DNA from: Syncephalis fuscata S228
Lineage: Eukaryota; Fungi; Zoopagomycota
DNA length: 64,000 nucleotides
Reading direction: 5' to 3'
Assembly: GCA_025786725.1 (NCBI GenBank)
Contig: JAHLTZ010000055.1
Span: 36,040-100,039 of the forward strand
Every line of letters starts with the position of its first letter. Position 1 is the stretch's first letter. A program made the position numbers and the translations under genes. Shown in pieces: positions 35,976 through 48,814 of this stretch. The notes below the pieces were generated by a model that had not been told where the DNA came from, did not search any database, and saw nothing but the letters and a program-made list of their open reading frames with translations.

Positions 35976-38365
35976 TCGATGTTTTAAGACATCAGCATTG
36001 GTATGCAATCAAACCACTATTCCAATACACTATAGGTATATATTCGGTGAAAATCAAGGCCATTTGACAACTACGCCGTCCAGTCTATTTATATCAAGTA
36101 TTGGCCAATGCTTTGGTTTATCCAGTCTTTAATCAATGGAATCATTATTTTGCCAACAACTTTGCATTTAGTTGTCCTATTCAACTGTGCAAGTTTATAG
36201 TAATAAACTATGGTTCCATCTTAATTATATACAATCAAATTGCTATATCTATAATTACATAATGTAAGCTATAAACATAGATTGGTATGGATAGTAGCAA
36301 AGCTATCATTATCATATAGCCAAATAACAGTATACTGAAATTAGAATAAAGCATTTTTAATAAAACATAGCAATAAAGCATAGATATTATAAAACAAAAT
36401 AGATAGACAAATCAGATACGTGAATAGTAATAGTGAAACTATACTGTATGCAATTTACAATATTAATGATATAGATGGACATATAGTATATGTATACATG
36501 ATAGATATGTACAGTACAATAGTAACGATAAATAGATCTTTTATCACCAATGACACTCACCACTCAGTTTCATTTTCAATAATACGGCTATTTAGTTTAA
36601 ATGTGCGGCTATTACAGTTATTTAACCGCCAAATCACATTAAACAATCAATAGTGTGCTTAATATTGTGAAAAAGTTCTTTTTATTTAGCTGGTAGAAAT
36701 ATTACAAGATCTAATACAAATCAAGTGGCTTAAATGATCCGTCATAACACTCTTTTAAGCTTCTTTCGCCATGTTTACGATTTTTCTAAATTAAAACATT
36801 GAAGCGACTACTGTAACATTTAAGAATGGATGTTACGAGTAGATTGTTCTAGTTTATCAATGACAAATATCATGACGGCTTTATTTTGCATATCTTCACT
36901 CTTGCTTGACAAACCAACTAATTAATTTGGGTTAATCAGAGCAATAATATTTCATGTAATTCAAGATTTTTAATGGCTAAATCTGATATCTGAGCGCTCT
37001 AAGCCAATCTAATTTTATTTGTTGGCTAAAGCTAAATTTGAAAATATTTATTAATTAAATCATTTTGTTTGCATGACACTTTATTTATTTATTTTGATGT
37101 CTTTCCATTAATAGTTTGTATTTATTGAATAAAACGTTTATTTAATATTAACTAATAGTCAATATTATTAATACTAATCCTTACAAGCATGTTCTTGTAT
37201 TGTATTTTTGAGTTGCATTTGCCACAAGTATATTGTTGGAAGTTTTTAACAAATAAAACACGATTGGCATTGCTAATAACATTGCTACAATTGACTAAAT
37301 TACATAAATAAAGTTTTAAATTAAATTTATTGCATTTATTGTAAATGACTTTTTCTTATCAGGTATTTTAGCTTTTTAATTTTTATTATTCAATAATATT
37401 GTAAATACACAATACTGCTACTCAAATAATAATAAAATGTTTTTGTAATTTAATTCGTTTAGTTTATTATCAGGATTTATAAAATTACGACTTTTGTTAT
37501 AAGTTAAAGTCATTTGATAATAATTTTTTTATTAAATTGATATTAAAACATTTAAATAAGCTACTTCTATTTCTTTTCTTCATTTAATTACTTGATTAAA
37601 GTTACATCACTTTATTACTGTTGTTGTAACAATGTCATTTTTTTATTGAATTAAAAGCAGATCAGGGTTTGTAATAAGAAATAATAGCATTTGTTAAGCT
37701 ATTACAACTACATAACAAATTAAACAATAACAATTATTACAACAAATCAAGTGTTAAAAATATTGCAATATTAGTTACATCACCTTCATTGCACTTCTAT
37801 AAATAACATCAATATGATTTTTAAACTTGTTTCTAGTATAAAGATTACACATTTAACATTGTTACCACAATACGTTTACTAACTGGATGCAACATAGTAA
37901 TATTTAATACTCTGATTGCGCTTTTAACGCCATCTATTGATAACACGAATTAACCTAAAGCATTTTTCTACGCACAATTAACACTAGCTCACACTAACAA
38001 TGTCTACACTTTGCGATTTATTTCTAATTATTAATCATATTTTATTCTTTGTTCTATAATAATTTTTATATAATAAAATATGGCGACTAACATTAGTTAA
38101 AAAAACAATACGTTTACTAACAAATATCACAGCTATAAAATAGTTTAACAATACACATACTCTAATAAACATTAATACGCTCATACTCACGCTATTCTTT
38201 CCAGTGTCATTTAATTTGAAATATTTAATAAGTTGGAAGGTTTAATTTAGCATGTTTATTATAGAGAAACAATAAATGGCTGCGACATTGATGCACTGCA
38301 CAAAAGTCCGATTATACTATGACTTGTAGAATATCATGCATCTTAGTTCGATATACTTTGCTTCT

Positions 38366-40818
38366 CTACACATTGATTTTTACCCCGACACTTTTGGACG
38401 AACTAGCATCTGATTTGAGAATGCTATTTGACTTTTTGTTATTAGCCAAGTCTTCTTCGTCTTCATCTTCGTCTTCTCTTTGAAATGCTGGTTTAAGGTT
38501 TTGAACGGGTGCTTGGGGCAATGGTGAGCGTGGGGCTGCTGAATTAGATGTAGGAGCGGGGGCAGGGGTCGATGTAGATGTAGAACTAGAGGTAGAACTA
38601 GAAGATGTAGCTATAGATGTAGTAGCTGGAACAGATGCTGGGGAAGGTGGCGACAATTTTTGTTGTGGATTTAGTGAAGCTGGCTTAATTTCGGAGGCAT
38701 TAATAGGTGGTGTAGGCTTTGAAGCTGATGGGATAGGTGTGGAAGTAGTCGTGGAAGTAGTCGTGGAAGTAGAGGTAGCTAAATTTGAAGCTGGCGTAGT
38801 TGTAGTGTCTTGTGGAATTAATTCTGAATCAGCACGCTTTTGTTTCGAATCTGGAGCAGCCAAAACTTGTGGCGGAGAAGTTAGCTGTGCAGATTCTGGC
38901 ATTTTAGTAGCTTGAACTGAGGTGGGCATAGCTTGTGTCGTAATAGAGGCTGGAGTAACTTGAGCTGAAGTTGAACTAACCTGCACTGAATCTGGCTTTA
39001 CAATAGATTGAGCTGGTACTTTTCTTTTGTATTTGTATTAGCTTGAACTGATGGAGGAGGAACCACTTGAGCTGGCCCTGAAGCTGGATTTGCTTGAGCT
39101 GGTACTTTTGTATTTGTATTAGCTTGAACTGATGGAGGAGGAACCACTTGAGCTGGCCCTGAAGCTGGATTTGCTTGAGCTGGTACTTTTGTATTTGTAT
39201 TAGCTTGAACTGATGGAGGAGGAACCACTTGAGCTGGTCCTGAAGCTGGATTTGCTTGAGCTGGTACTTTTGTATTTGTATTAGCTTGAACTGATGGAGG
39301 AGGAACCACTTGAGCTGGCCCTGAAGCTGGATTTGCTTGAGCTGGTACTTTTGTATTTGTATTAGCTTGAACTGATGGAGGAAGAACCACTTGAGCTGGC
39401 CCTGAAGCTGGATTTGCTTGAGCTGGTACTTTTGTATTTGTATTAGCTTGAACTGATGGAGGAGGAACCACTTGAGCTGGTCCTGAAGCTGGATTTACTT
39501 GAACTGGTATGTTTGAATCCGAATTTGATTGAGCTAATGGTGGTAAAAGATTGAGTACTGGAGCAACTCCTATTTGTACTGTTGCAATTAAAGAATTAGG
39601 ATCAGAATCTAAGTTAGCTGGCGTTGTGCTTTCAGAGGGAGCTGCGTTTTGAGCTGGTGTTGACGCCGGTAATGGGCTAGAAGCTGGCTTATTGGAATCT
39701 GGTGGCGTTTGAGCAGGATGCTTAAAGCCAGGCTGACTTAGAACTACAAAGTTTCTCGGTAACAGATTGGCTGGACGTGGTGCTTGTTGTGTAGGCGGAT
39801 GAGGCGCAGGTTTATTTCCAGCTTCAGAATGATCTTGCAAGTTGTTGATTGAAAGAGGCGACTTTTGGGCAGGTGCCTTTAACTCAGGCTGGGTTTTAGC
39901 TGTAGAATTTGGTTTTAATTCATTTAAAGATCCTAGCTTTATATCTATTATAAATTCATATTTAGTTGCTGTTTGCAAACTACTATGAATTAACTTACCA
40001 GTTGAACCCGTCACAGGTATCAAAGGCTGACCTTGCTGCGATGACGGCGATGATGAATTATCTGCAGTGTCTTTAGAGTTTGCATCGGTTACTTTACTAG
40101 GTATTGGAATAGTATCGATAAAGTTGTTATTTTCTGAGTTAGTATTTGGATTAACAATAGCTGCCGTTTGTATTGGTGCTTCTTTATTGCCAATAATAGC
40201 CAGACTAGTTGCTGAGTTTGATGGCATAGTAGTAGGCAAAGGTTTTACCGATGCCTTTGGGGGTGGTTCTACCTTTGATGAGCTTGTAGCTGCTGGTGCT
40301 ATTGCTGTAGGTTTTACATTAGGTGCATTGCTAATAGCTGATGAAGCAGGCTTTTTTGCGCCGTTAGTTAATGTTGCCATACACACTAGCGAAATCGACC
40401 CAATGGTTAATTTTTTGCACCTTTTCTGCAGTTCGTTAAATCGATTACACGAAAAATCAACCATCTGTCCAACAGGAGCCGGTGCTCCACCAAACTTATT
40501 CCAAGTAAAGTTTGAGAGACATTCACTGGCGGAATGTCCGTTTTCAATGCACACCTCGCGATTACATCTTAACATAAGCTCATCACAGCACGATTTATCC
40601 ACGTTGCAAGTGGCGTAGCAGCTGGTATGCATTTTGTAGCATTCTGGCAATTTTGTATCTTCAGGTTTGAATCTGCTCACAATTGATGGTTGCGTTGGCT
40701 GTTGCGCAGCGTTTGGCAATTTACAGTTGCCTATGGGTGTTATGTCTTTGTCGTCGGCTACAGCGGATGCAATCAGTATTGCTGCTGTGAAGACAGCCCA
40801 TGTTGTATGATGTTTCAT
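38366..40818 (-). CDS. Secreted protein with an N-terminal group-XII-sPLA2-like Cys-rich domain and a long Pro/Ser/Thr/Ala mucin-like region (one frameshift near 39020)
   Basis: Signal peptide MKHHTTWAVFTAAILIASAVA, then ECYKMHTSCYATCNVDKSCCDELMLRCNREVC...EC...SCNRFNELQKRC. ORFs 38998-40818 and 38366-38986 are collinear in composition. Confidence 0.7.
39010..39510 (-). repeat. 81-bp coding tandem repeat, about 6 copies (VPAQANPASGPAQVVPPPSVQANTNTK)
   Basis: Near-identical 27-aa units visible in the ORF and in the DNA. Confidence 0.95.
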
Positions 40819-43747
40819 AATGTTAGATGCTGTTGGCTATAAACAGTTGCTGTATGATGCAATAAAATAAAATGCGATGTTTAGAGAAATGAAAACAAAT
40901 GCTAGAAGACGATAGACAATGGCCGTGTCGACATGGCACTGGATGATTTAAATGGACTGGCACTTCAAGATAAAATTAGACCAACCTACCAAATTGGCAT
41001 CCTACGTGGCGACACACTTGTTTTGATAGGATGAAAATCATGCTCCACGTCGTTCATGACAATCGTTTTTCCTTGTTTTTTTCTAAAAGGCCTTTGCACT
41101 ATGATTATTTTGAGCCATTGCACGAAAAGAGCAGCAATAATTAGCATGTTATTTGCATGAAGCAATAAGACTGTGCAACAACTAGGCTATCTATTTGATT
41201 CAATGGCAAGTATGACGATTTGTTACACTGCCCTCTTACACACCGATAACAACAATAGTAATAGTAAATAAAACAATTTATTAAACGCTACAGTCATTGA
41301 TGTTTAAAATGGTCTAATTAACCAAAAAAACTACTGTTTTTGCATTGCAAAACAATATCTGGCCCATTTGATTGTTTAAAAATAACCAACTATTTTAGAA
41401 TTAGGCACTGTTTATAAAATAGTCGATTTATCATTGTTGTGTATATTCCATTTTCATCTAGACGACTTGTGTACTGAGGGATTTAGAATACGACACACGT
41501 GATCTGCATCAAACGCAATGGTTGAACAATGGATTTTTTATAGATTTCTTTGTAAAATCACTCCATTACTAGATTTATAGTATACTTTTATAAAATATCA
41601 TTTTGTTTTGTAAATATACAGCAAATCATATTACTTTAAACATTGTTACCATTTCACTTTCATAATAATTGGGATAAAGTTTAATTATGTCGATTACCAT
41701 ACTTGGCAATCAATTTAATTATTCATAGTTACATCACGTGATTTATACCACTATAGTACTATCCATGATCAATACTCGAGTAAGCATTTAGTTTTGCTAA
41801 CTCCTAATAACAGTGTTGATCAATTACTACTATTACCAACAATTCGTGTTTTTTTGCAAAAGATTTTCTAATTGCTGTCAACAATGCCACCTATTGTACA
41901 GGCACTATTCTATTTATTAAAGACTTAAAAACTAAGCATTCGTAATATTAACAGCACTATTTTATAAACTATTCAAGCTTGGTGTAACGTTGGCCACAAG
42001 TTTATCATTTTTGCTCCCAGTAAAATAGCAACAACACTATGTTGGTTGTACCATATTATTACAGTGCTAACCGATTAAGCCAATTTACATGTTTATGGTT
42101 TCAATTCATGACTGTTTATTAATAAAGTATTATTAGAATGTATACCGATAAACATGAATTAGTTTCAAGTTGTTCTTTCGTTTTGGCCTGTACAAACGTG
42201 CCACTATAATCATATCAACCAATGATTAAGGCCTACTGTAGTTGCTATTAATAATAAAAGCACATCTGACTTGAATACATTCATCATAACATTCTTCTTC
42301 TTTTTTCTTTCTTTACGCCACTTCGTATCGCTATTGTCGAACGACTTGCTAACGAAACACCACAAGTACGTCAACAATAGTCATATCAACTATTGACTAG
42401 TCTTTTGTCTACTTAGCGTTTTCTTTTTATTGTTTTTTCTCTCAAGCATAGCTTTATATGGTTGCAAACTCGTTTGAACTCTACTCAGCTATTAACGAAC
42501 TATTTGTACGCTAACTGGTTTATAACTTGACACACGATTGCATACAGATCAATTTCTGGTGAGTAGCCAACTAATATTCATTACTTTACTACATATTAGT
42601 CGATTTCACTATGACTTTACCTGATCACTGCTAGACATTGTCTGATGCTGTCATGCGTGTATTTGTATCACGTTGAATTGAAGCTGCTCCCTTGTCCTGC
42701 CTCGGATGTCTCATACCCGACTGTGTTATGGTTCATAATTAGCTATTACATTTGTAGCAAATATGAAACACTTTTTGTGTGGCAGCATAGGCAGTGGCCG
42801 TGTTGTTTTGTCGCTATTATAATTTAGCATAGCACGCGCTTGCTTTAATCATGTGTTGATGATCTGGCACTATGATGTTTTTAATTGAAAGGTCTAGCCA
42901 CGTATATAATACGTAATACATAATATATATATCGATGACGTGGAAATTAGTAATATTACATTTATTATTGACTCAAGTGATATTATTTCAACATTCATTG
43001 GTTTAAATTATTGAAACGAATCACTGGGTATATTTAGATATGAGATGTTACAATAAGGATTGGTCTTGTCGTTTTAATGATACCGTAAAGGAGACGGACA
43101 GAGATGGAACGGGGAGAGTGCGTATGGTGGAGGTACAGGATATGACTTGTAGAACGGGGCAGCAAGTATGAAAGAGAGAAAGCGTGTACTACCGGTTCAC
43201 CGCCTCGTGCATTCATAAAACTGCCTTCTTATGTTTCCTTCTCTTTCTCTCTCTAAACAACACACACAGAGAGATAGATAGATAGATAGGAAACAAGCAC
43301 ACTTGCGCATTCTTTACTTGCCAAAATTGGTATTTTCCCTACCAGCCACCACTTGAACTAGCATTACACTCTTTCCGTAAACGTGCCACACCTTTTTGGA
43401 CGTCTTATTATTCTTTTCTTTTTATTACTACTACACTACTACGACTACTGTTGCTGTTGCTACTCTTGCTTTAGCTGCTACATTCCTTTAACCACCGTTT
43501 GCTCTTTTACTACACTGACTACTTGCAGTTGCTTTGTGTGCTGCTGATACAAAGTGCCGCATACCGTCCGTCAACACACTTGCATCTCGTTAACTGGTGG
43601 TTTCCCCATTATATTATTACTTTCTTTACCATACAGCTATCTGCACCCTTCTCTTTCCTGCATAGTCTTATTGCTTTGCACTAATTAAAGTATCTATCTA
43701 GTTTGCAGTAAGACTTTATTTGGTTGACCGTGCACATCCCCGTGGCA

Positions 43748-46086
43748 ATGGGACATTTCTGGCTATTTCGTCTGTTTGCTAAGCACAATCTCGACGATGA
43801 CCAAAGTTCCACGGGCACTGGAAGTATCCATAGTGCTCGTAAATCTGATCTAAGAAAAAGTAACACAGAGCCGTTGAGTCCCAAACGCTTGCTTGCTTCG
43901 TCGCCGCATACAATAGATGTCATTGGATCTACATCGTCAACAACCTCGCTACCTGCCGTGCACTATAACGCTTCGTGTATTAGCTCGGAAATACGACGCG
44001 GTGCCAATGGACGTGGTCAGTACACAGTGTTTCGCGTACACGTTAGCTACGAATCGGATCAATGGTGGCTTTTTAAGCGATATAGCGAATTTCGCGCTCT
44101 ACATGCTCAGGTAAGCAATAAACGATGGAATACAGATGATTAGTTGATAGTTTAGTTTTACTGTTAATAACCAATTGATTACATTGTACTATAATATTAT
44201 TCATAACTAATATTTTATTAATAGCTTCGCAAAGATTATCCACAACGCGGATTACCATCACTGCCGGCACGTCGCTTCTTCGGCGACAACTTTTCTAAAT
44301 CCTTTTTGACTAAACGTCGTGCTGGATTACACGCTTATTTATTAGGCATTGTTGATGATTCAGTAATTCGTCGATCAGTGCCGCTACTTGAATTCTTTGA
44401 TGACGGACGACGTGTATTGCAGCAGGCACATGGATTCCAGCCACGCCATTTGGGATCAGCCTCGTCACGTTTAAGCACATCTACCAATAATACAGCACGT
44501 TCATTAAGTGCTATGATCGGTATGAAGCGTGTTATCAGCCTAGCTTCATCTAAATCGGCTCCACATCCCACATTGGCCGCACAGCGGTCGTCGGCTGCTG
44601 CTGGTCGATCCAAAGCAGTACCTGGCTCACGGTCTCGTGCTGGCTCATTGGCTAGTGTACGTAAAGGTGGTGAAATGCGCAAGCTAGCTCCAGCTGCTCC
44701 GGTTAGTCGGTCTCGCACTGCATCGGCAGCAGTTAGTATTGATGAAAATACCGCAACTAAACAGCCAACTGGTTCAAGTTCAGAGACTTCATCAACAACA
44801 GTTGTTACAAAAAACGCAGCATCTAAACCAAATCATAAAATGGGATTGGACGACTTTTGTCTTTTATCAGTTATTGGCAAAGGTAGCTATGGCAAAGTTA
44901 TGCTGGCTCGTCACAAGGAGACTGGAACAGTATATGCTATTAAAGCTATATCAAAATCAAAGATTCGTGGTCGACCTGCTGATATCCGTCGTGTTATGAG
45001 TGAACGGGAAGTATTGCGTTGCAATGCAGCTCATCCATTCCTTATTGGCCTACGATATAGCTTCCAATCGGCACAAAAGCTTTATTTGTGCGTAGATTAT
45101 GTCAGTGGCGGCGAACTATTCTTCCATTTGCAGCGCGATCGTCGTTTTCCTGAAGCACGTGCTCGTTTCTATGCTTGTGAAATTTTATCAGCACTCGAGT
45201 ATTTACACGACCTAGGCTTTGTTTATCGCGATTTGAAACCAGAAAATCTTTTACTTGACTCTGAAGGCCATATTCGACTAGTGGATTTTGGCTTGGCAAA
45301 GAATACTGGAGAAGGAAAGACATCCACGTTCTGCGGTACTCCTGAATATCTTGCACCCGAAGTATTAAAACGTCAACGTTACGGCAAAGAAGTAGACTGG
45401 TACTGTTTTGGTTCTGTGCTTTACGAAATGCTCGTTGGATTGCCGCCATTCTATTCGCCAGATGACCGTGATATGTTTGATCGTATTTTGCACGAACGTG
45501 TACGCTTTCCTAATTTCGTGTCAAAGGCAGCTCGCGTTCTTATTGTCAATCTACTTGAACGTAATCCAAAACTACGTTTAGGATCGCGTGGAGCGGAAGA
45601 AGTAAAGAACCAAGCATTCTTCCGTGGTATTAACTGGGACCGTGTCTATCACAAGCAATACCCAGTACCATTTGATCCACAGGTAGCCGGTACGATGGAT
45701 CTACATAACATCGATCCAAAGTTTTGTGGGAACCTATTCCTAACTCACTACTTGGTGAAATCCGTAACTCTAACTACTTGAGTCAAGCACGTGAAGCCCA
45801 TAAAGACGCATTTGACGAAATATTTGACGTGCCAGGACTTGACGATAATAGTGGCCATACTACGGATAAACAACGTAATGCCAATGGCGCTAGAAGAGAT
45901 AATGACGACAATGAAGACGACTTTATAGATCCACATGGCGATGAATGGGATGCTACCGTTGACCGAGTTATGAATGAGCGAGTCACTGAAGCAGAAATCC
46001 AACGCCAAGTGGATACAGCCTTCGTTGGCTTTTCCTACGTACCGGAGGGTACTTTGGCTAGTCCATTATCAGCCAGTCGAGTCTAG
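43748..46086 (+). CDS. PX-domain AGC Ser/Thr kinase (SGK3/CISK-like); intron 44111-44224, apparent 1-nt indel near 45725
   Basis: PX (YTVFRVHV...WWLFKRYSEFRALH...LPARRFFGDNFS...RRAGL), kinase (GKGSYGKV, YRDLKPEN, DFG, TFCGTPEYLAPE) and hydrophobic motif FVGFSY. Confidence 0.92.
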
Positions 46087-46562
46087 TTTGTTTTCTATTA
46101 ACAACGAGTGAATGAAACAGCGCAAACAACAATCAAGCATTATTTGAAGCTAGGATGTATACTATATTATTATTATTATTATTATTACAAGGAAACTGGC
46201 TTGCTTTTAGTTACGATAAATTATTGTTATCACTTCTATTCTATTCATGTTATACGCTCTCTTTCTCTCTCTCATTCTAACATTAAATGATTGATCGATT
46301 GAGCTCTACTATTTATTGCACTGATAAACAAGTCATTATTTTTATATCATACATCTGAACAAACCATTGATCGTCATTGATGCATAATTTCAGCTTACCA
46401 TTCCATTCTATCTATATAAATTATATTTACTACATACGTATTCTATATTTACTGTGTTTTCTTTTTTAAAGCAACACTCTTATAGCCACACTTTTATTTA
46501 TTTTTATCACTTTTTTACAGCATAGCTTTTAATTAATACAATTTAGGATTAAATCTTTACCT

Positions 46563-46750
46563 TAGCAAACTCATTCCAATTAAAGTCGTGCAGTTATACA
46601 CAACGCAACACGATTATATTATTTCATATTAAAATATTGTTAATAAATTGATTTAAATAGATAATGTAGCATACTATTTGATTTATTTGAAACACTTGAG
46701 ATCGATTATTGCTGTTGTTGGTCATGTATAGAAAGATTGACGGAATACTA
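46563..46750 (-). mobile_element. Short, more diverged 3'-end remnant of the same Fanzor/TnpB element
   Basis: Aligns with 32480-32660 and encodes SIFLYMTNNSNNRSQVFQ plus the shared downstream tail. Confidence 0.6.
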
Positions 46751-47106
46751 ACATATTACAATGAGTTACATTCACTATAATTGCAGCCATGCTAGTATTT
46801 TAGCAATGATATCAATCATTATTTAATTAATTGCTATGTTTGATTGTGCTAATGTTGTTACATTAATATATACATGTTATATACCATTTCATTTTTAACT
46901 TTTAATTTTAATGTTTGTTAATTGAGTTAAATAAACTGTATCATTATATAAAATATTATATGCCATTTAACATTATTATACAATCTAACAGAGATTTATT
47001 TAATAAAACAATCAACCAATCATCAAGTATTAAGCTTCGTACAATGAATTTGTATAGCATCGGCTTTATTTCACACTCTATTCATTTTTGAACAATTAAA
47101 CTAGCA

Positions 47107-48469
47107 ATGACTGTCCTCACTCAGGATGATGCACACTCACATTATTCCAAAGCTATTGCTTCTAATCTGACCCGGTTGAACAGCCTGTTGGGTAATCCTT
47201 ATATGACATGGCACATTGCCTTGATGCTTGTAGCCTATGTGGGCTTATTGCCAGCAGGTGTTGCGCTTGGTCGCAGTCGTCACTGGCTACATGTACCGCT
47301 TCAGATTGCTATGACCGTCTGCGCCGGTATAGGCTACTATTTGGCATTTCATCGTCATGATTACAATAGCCAGCCACAGAAGCAGCATCATTCAACAAAA
47401 AGCTTTTTTAAAAAGTCGCCACATGTTTGGTTAGGTATTATGCTTGCTTGGTTGCTGGGAATTCAAGTTATGGTCGGTGTGGTACGAAAGATACTAAAAA
47501 CGCGGTGGCCTGACCAAAATGCTGATAAAACGACTGGAACTCGAATGGTGCACGCTATTAGCTCGGCTCTGTCAATTGGCCATCGGTGGATTGGCGGTGT
47601 TCATATATTTGTCATATTTATGCAAATTATACTGGGTGTTGTTAAAATGGGCCACTTCTGCCAGGCAGATGCGGCAGATATGTGTTGGCGGCAATACACG
47701 TCAGGTAATTGGTATTTTAGATTGTAATTCTAGCTATTGACTGATATACAACTAATCATTAGGGTCATTGTTGTGGTGGTGGGCACTTACTCGACTACTA
47801 GGATTAGTTGCTCCCCGACTATTTGGACGTGGATGGTCTAAAAGACAATGGGATGCTATAGCGCTGGTATTATTTGGTATTATTATACTGGTTAGAGGAT
47901 ATAATCGGCAAGAATCATTGCTACTTGGTCTTATATGGAGCATAGGAGGTGTAGCTAGTTTAATTGCTCGATATGTCAATCGATATCGTGTCAAGGGTGT
48001 TCAGCCGATTATTTCAACTACTTTTACTATAACTGGGCTGTTGTATATTTTTACGGGAGAAATACTAATGAGAATAGCGGGTGCGTGTATTATAGGTGCA
48101 TCAATTCTAGATGGCATCACTGGCTGGATGGGATGGCGCCGGCGTTATCGATACCAACAAATTGGTCGGGATAACGCAGAATCTAAATCTAGAAAACGGT
48201 TTATGTTGTGTGGACATGGCTTACCGCCTGCCCGTACAACATTGCGGCTAGTATCGGGTCTTTGCCTTTTATGGGCTGGCATGCTAACAATGTCAAGCAC
48301 AGAGGAATGGCGCCAGTTTATTACTGTGCACGGTTTGTCCACAAATGTTTATATGCTATTGCTAGGAGCACTAGCGATACTATCAATGACATTTATTCTT
48401 TCCTTGGGATCGCTAGTTAGCGAACGGCCTGTAATAGTCGCAGTCAGGACCATATTGGCAATCCACTAG
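47107..48469 (+). CDS. YTP1/DUF2427-like multi-pass membrane protein (intron about 47705-47762)
   Basis: WHIALMLVAYVGLLPAGVALGRSRHWLHVPLQ, HVWLG and HRWIG His-bearing helices, many TM segments. Confidence 0.65.
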
Positions 48470-48814
48470 CAACTCCATCTAATAGAATAGAAACCATTCC
48501 TATGCATTCCATAAGTTAAAGTAATATCATAGAAATAAATCTTTTTACGCTTTTATAATTTCGTTGTTCTTTTGTTAATGTATATAAAATATAAAATATT
48601 TTATTTTATTATAATAAGTGATGGAACAGTCAAATGTTTTTACATTACTTTACAATTAATAAACTAATTATTCTTTTAACCAAGTTGCAATATTAAATTG
48701 AATACAAGCGTGAAGTCAATTAGTATATCATCATAGTTTAAAAGACTGTAACTAGCTTATACATTATAGTATATGTCTGTGAAAAGTACAAGTTTGGTGT
48801 AGTAGTGCTGGCCC

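Noticed and set aside
39010-39510. 81-bp repeat as another microexon array (period similar to 82-83 bp)
   Set aside because: It is fully coding, in frame within a long ORF, and lacks AG-NNN-GT junctions.
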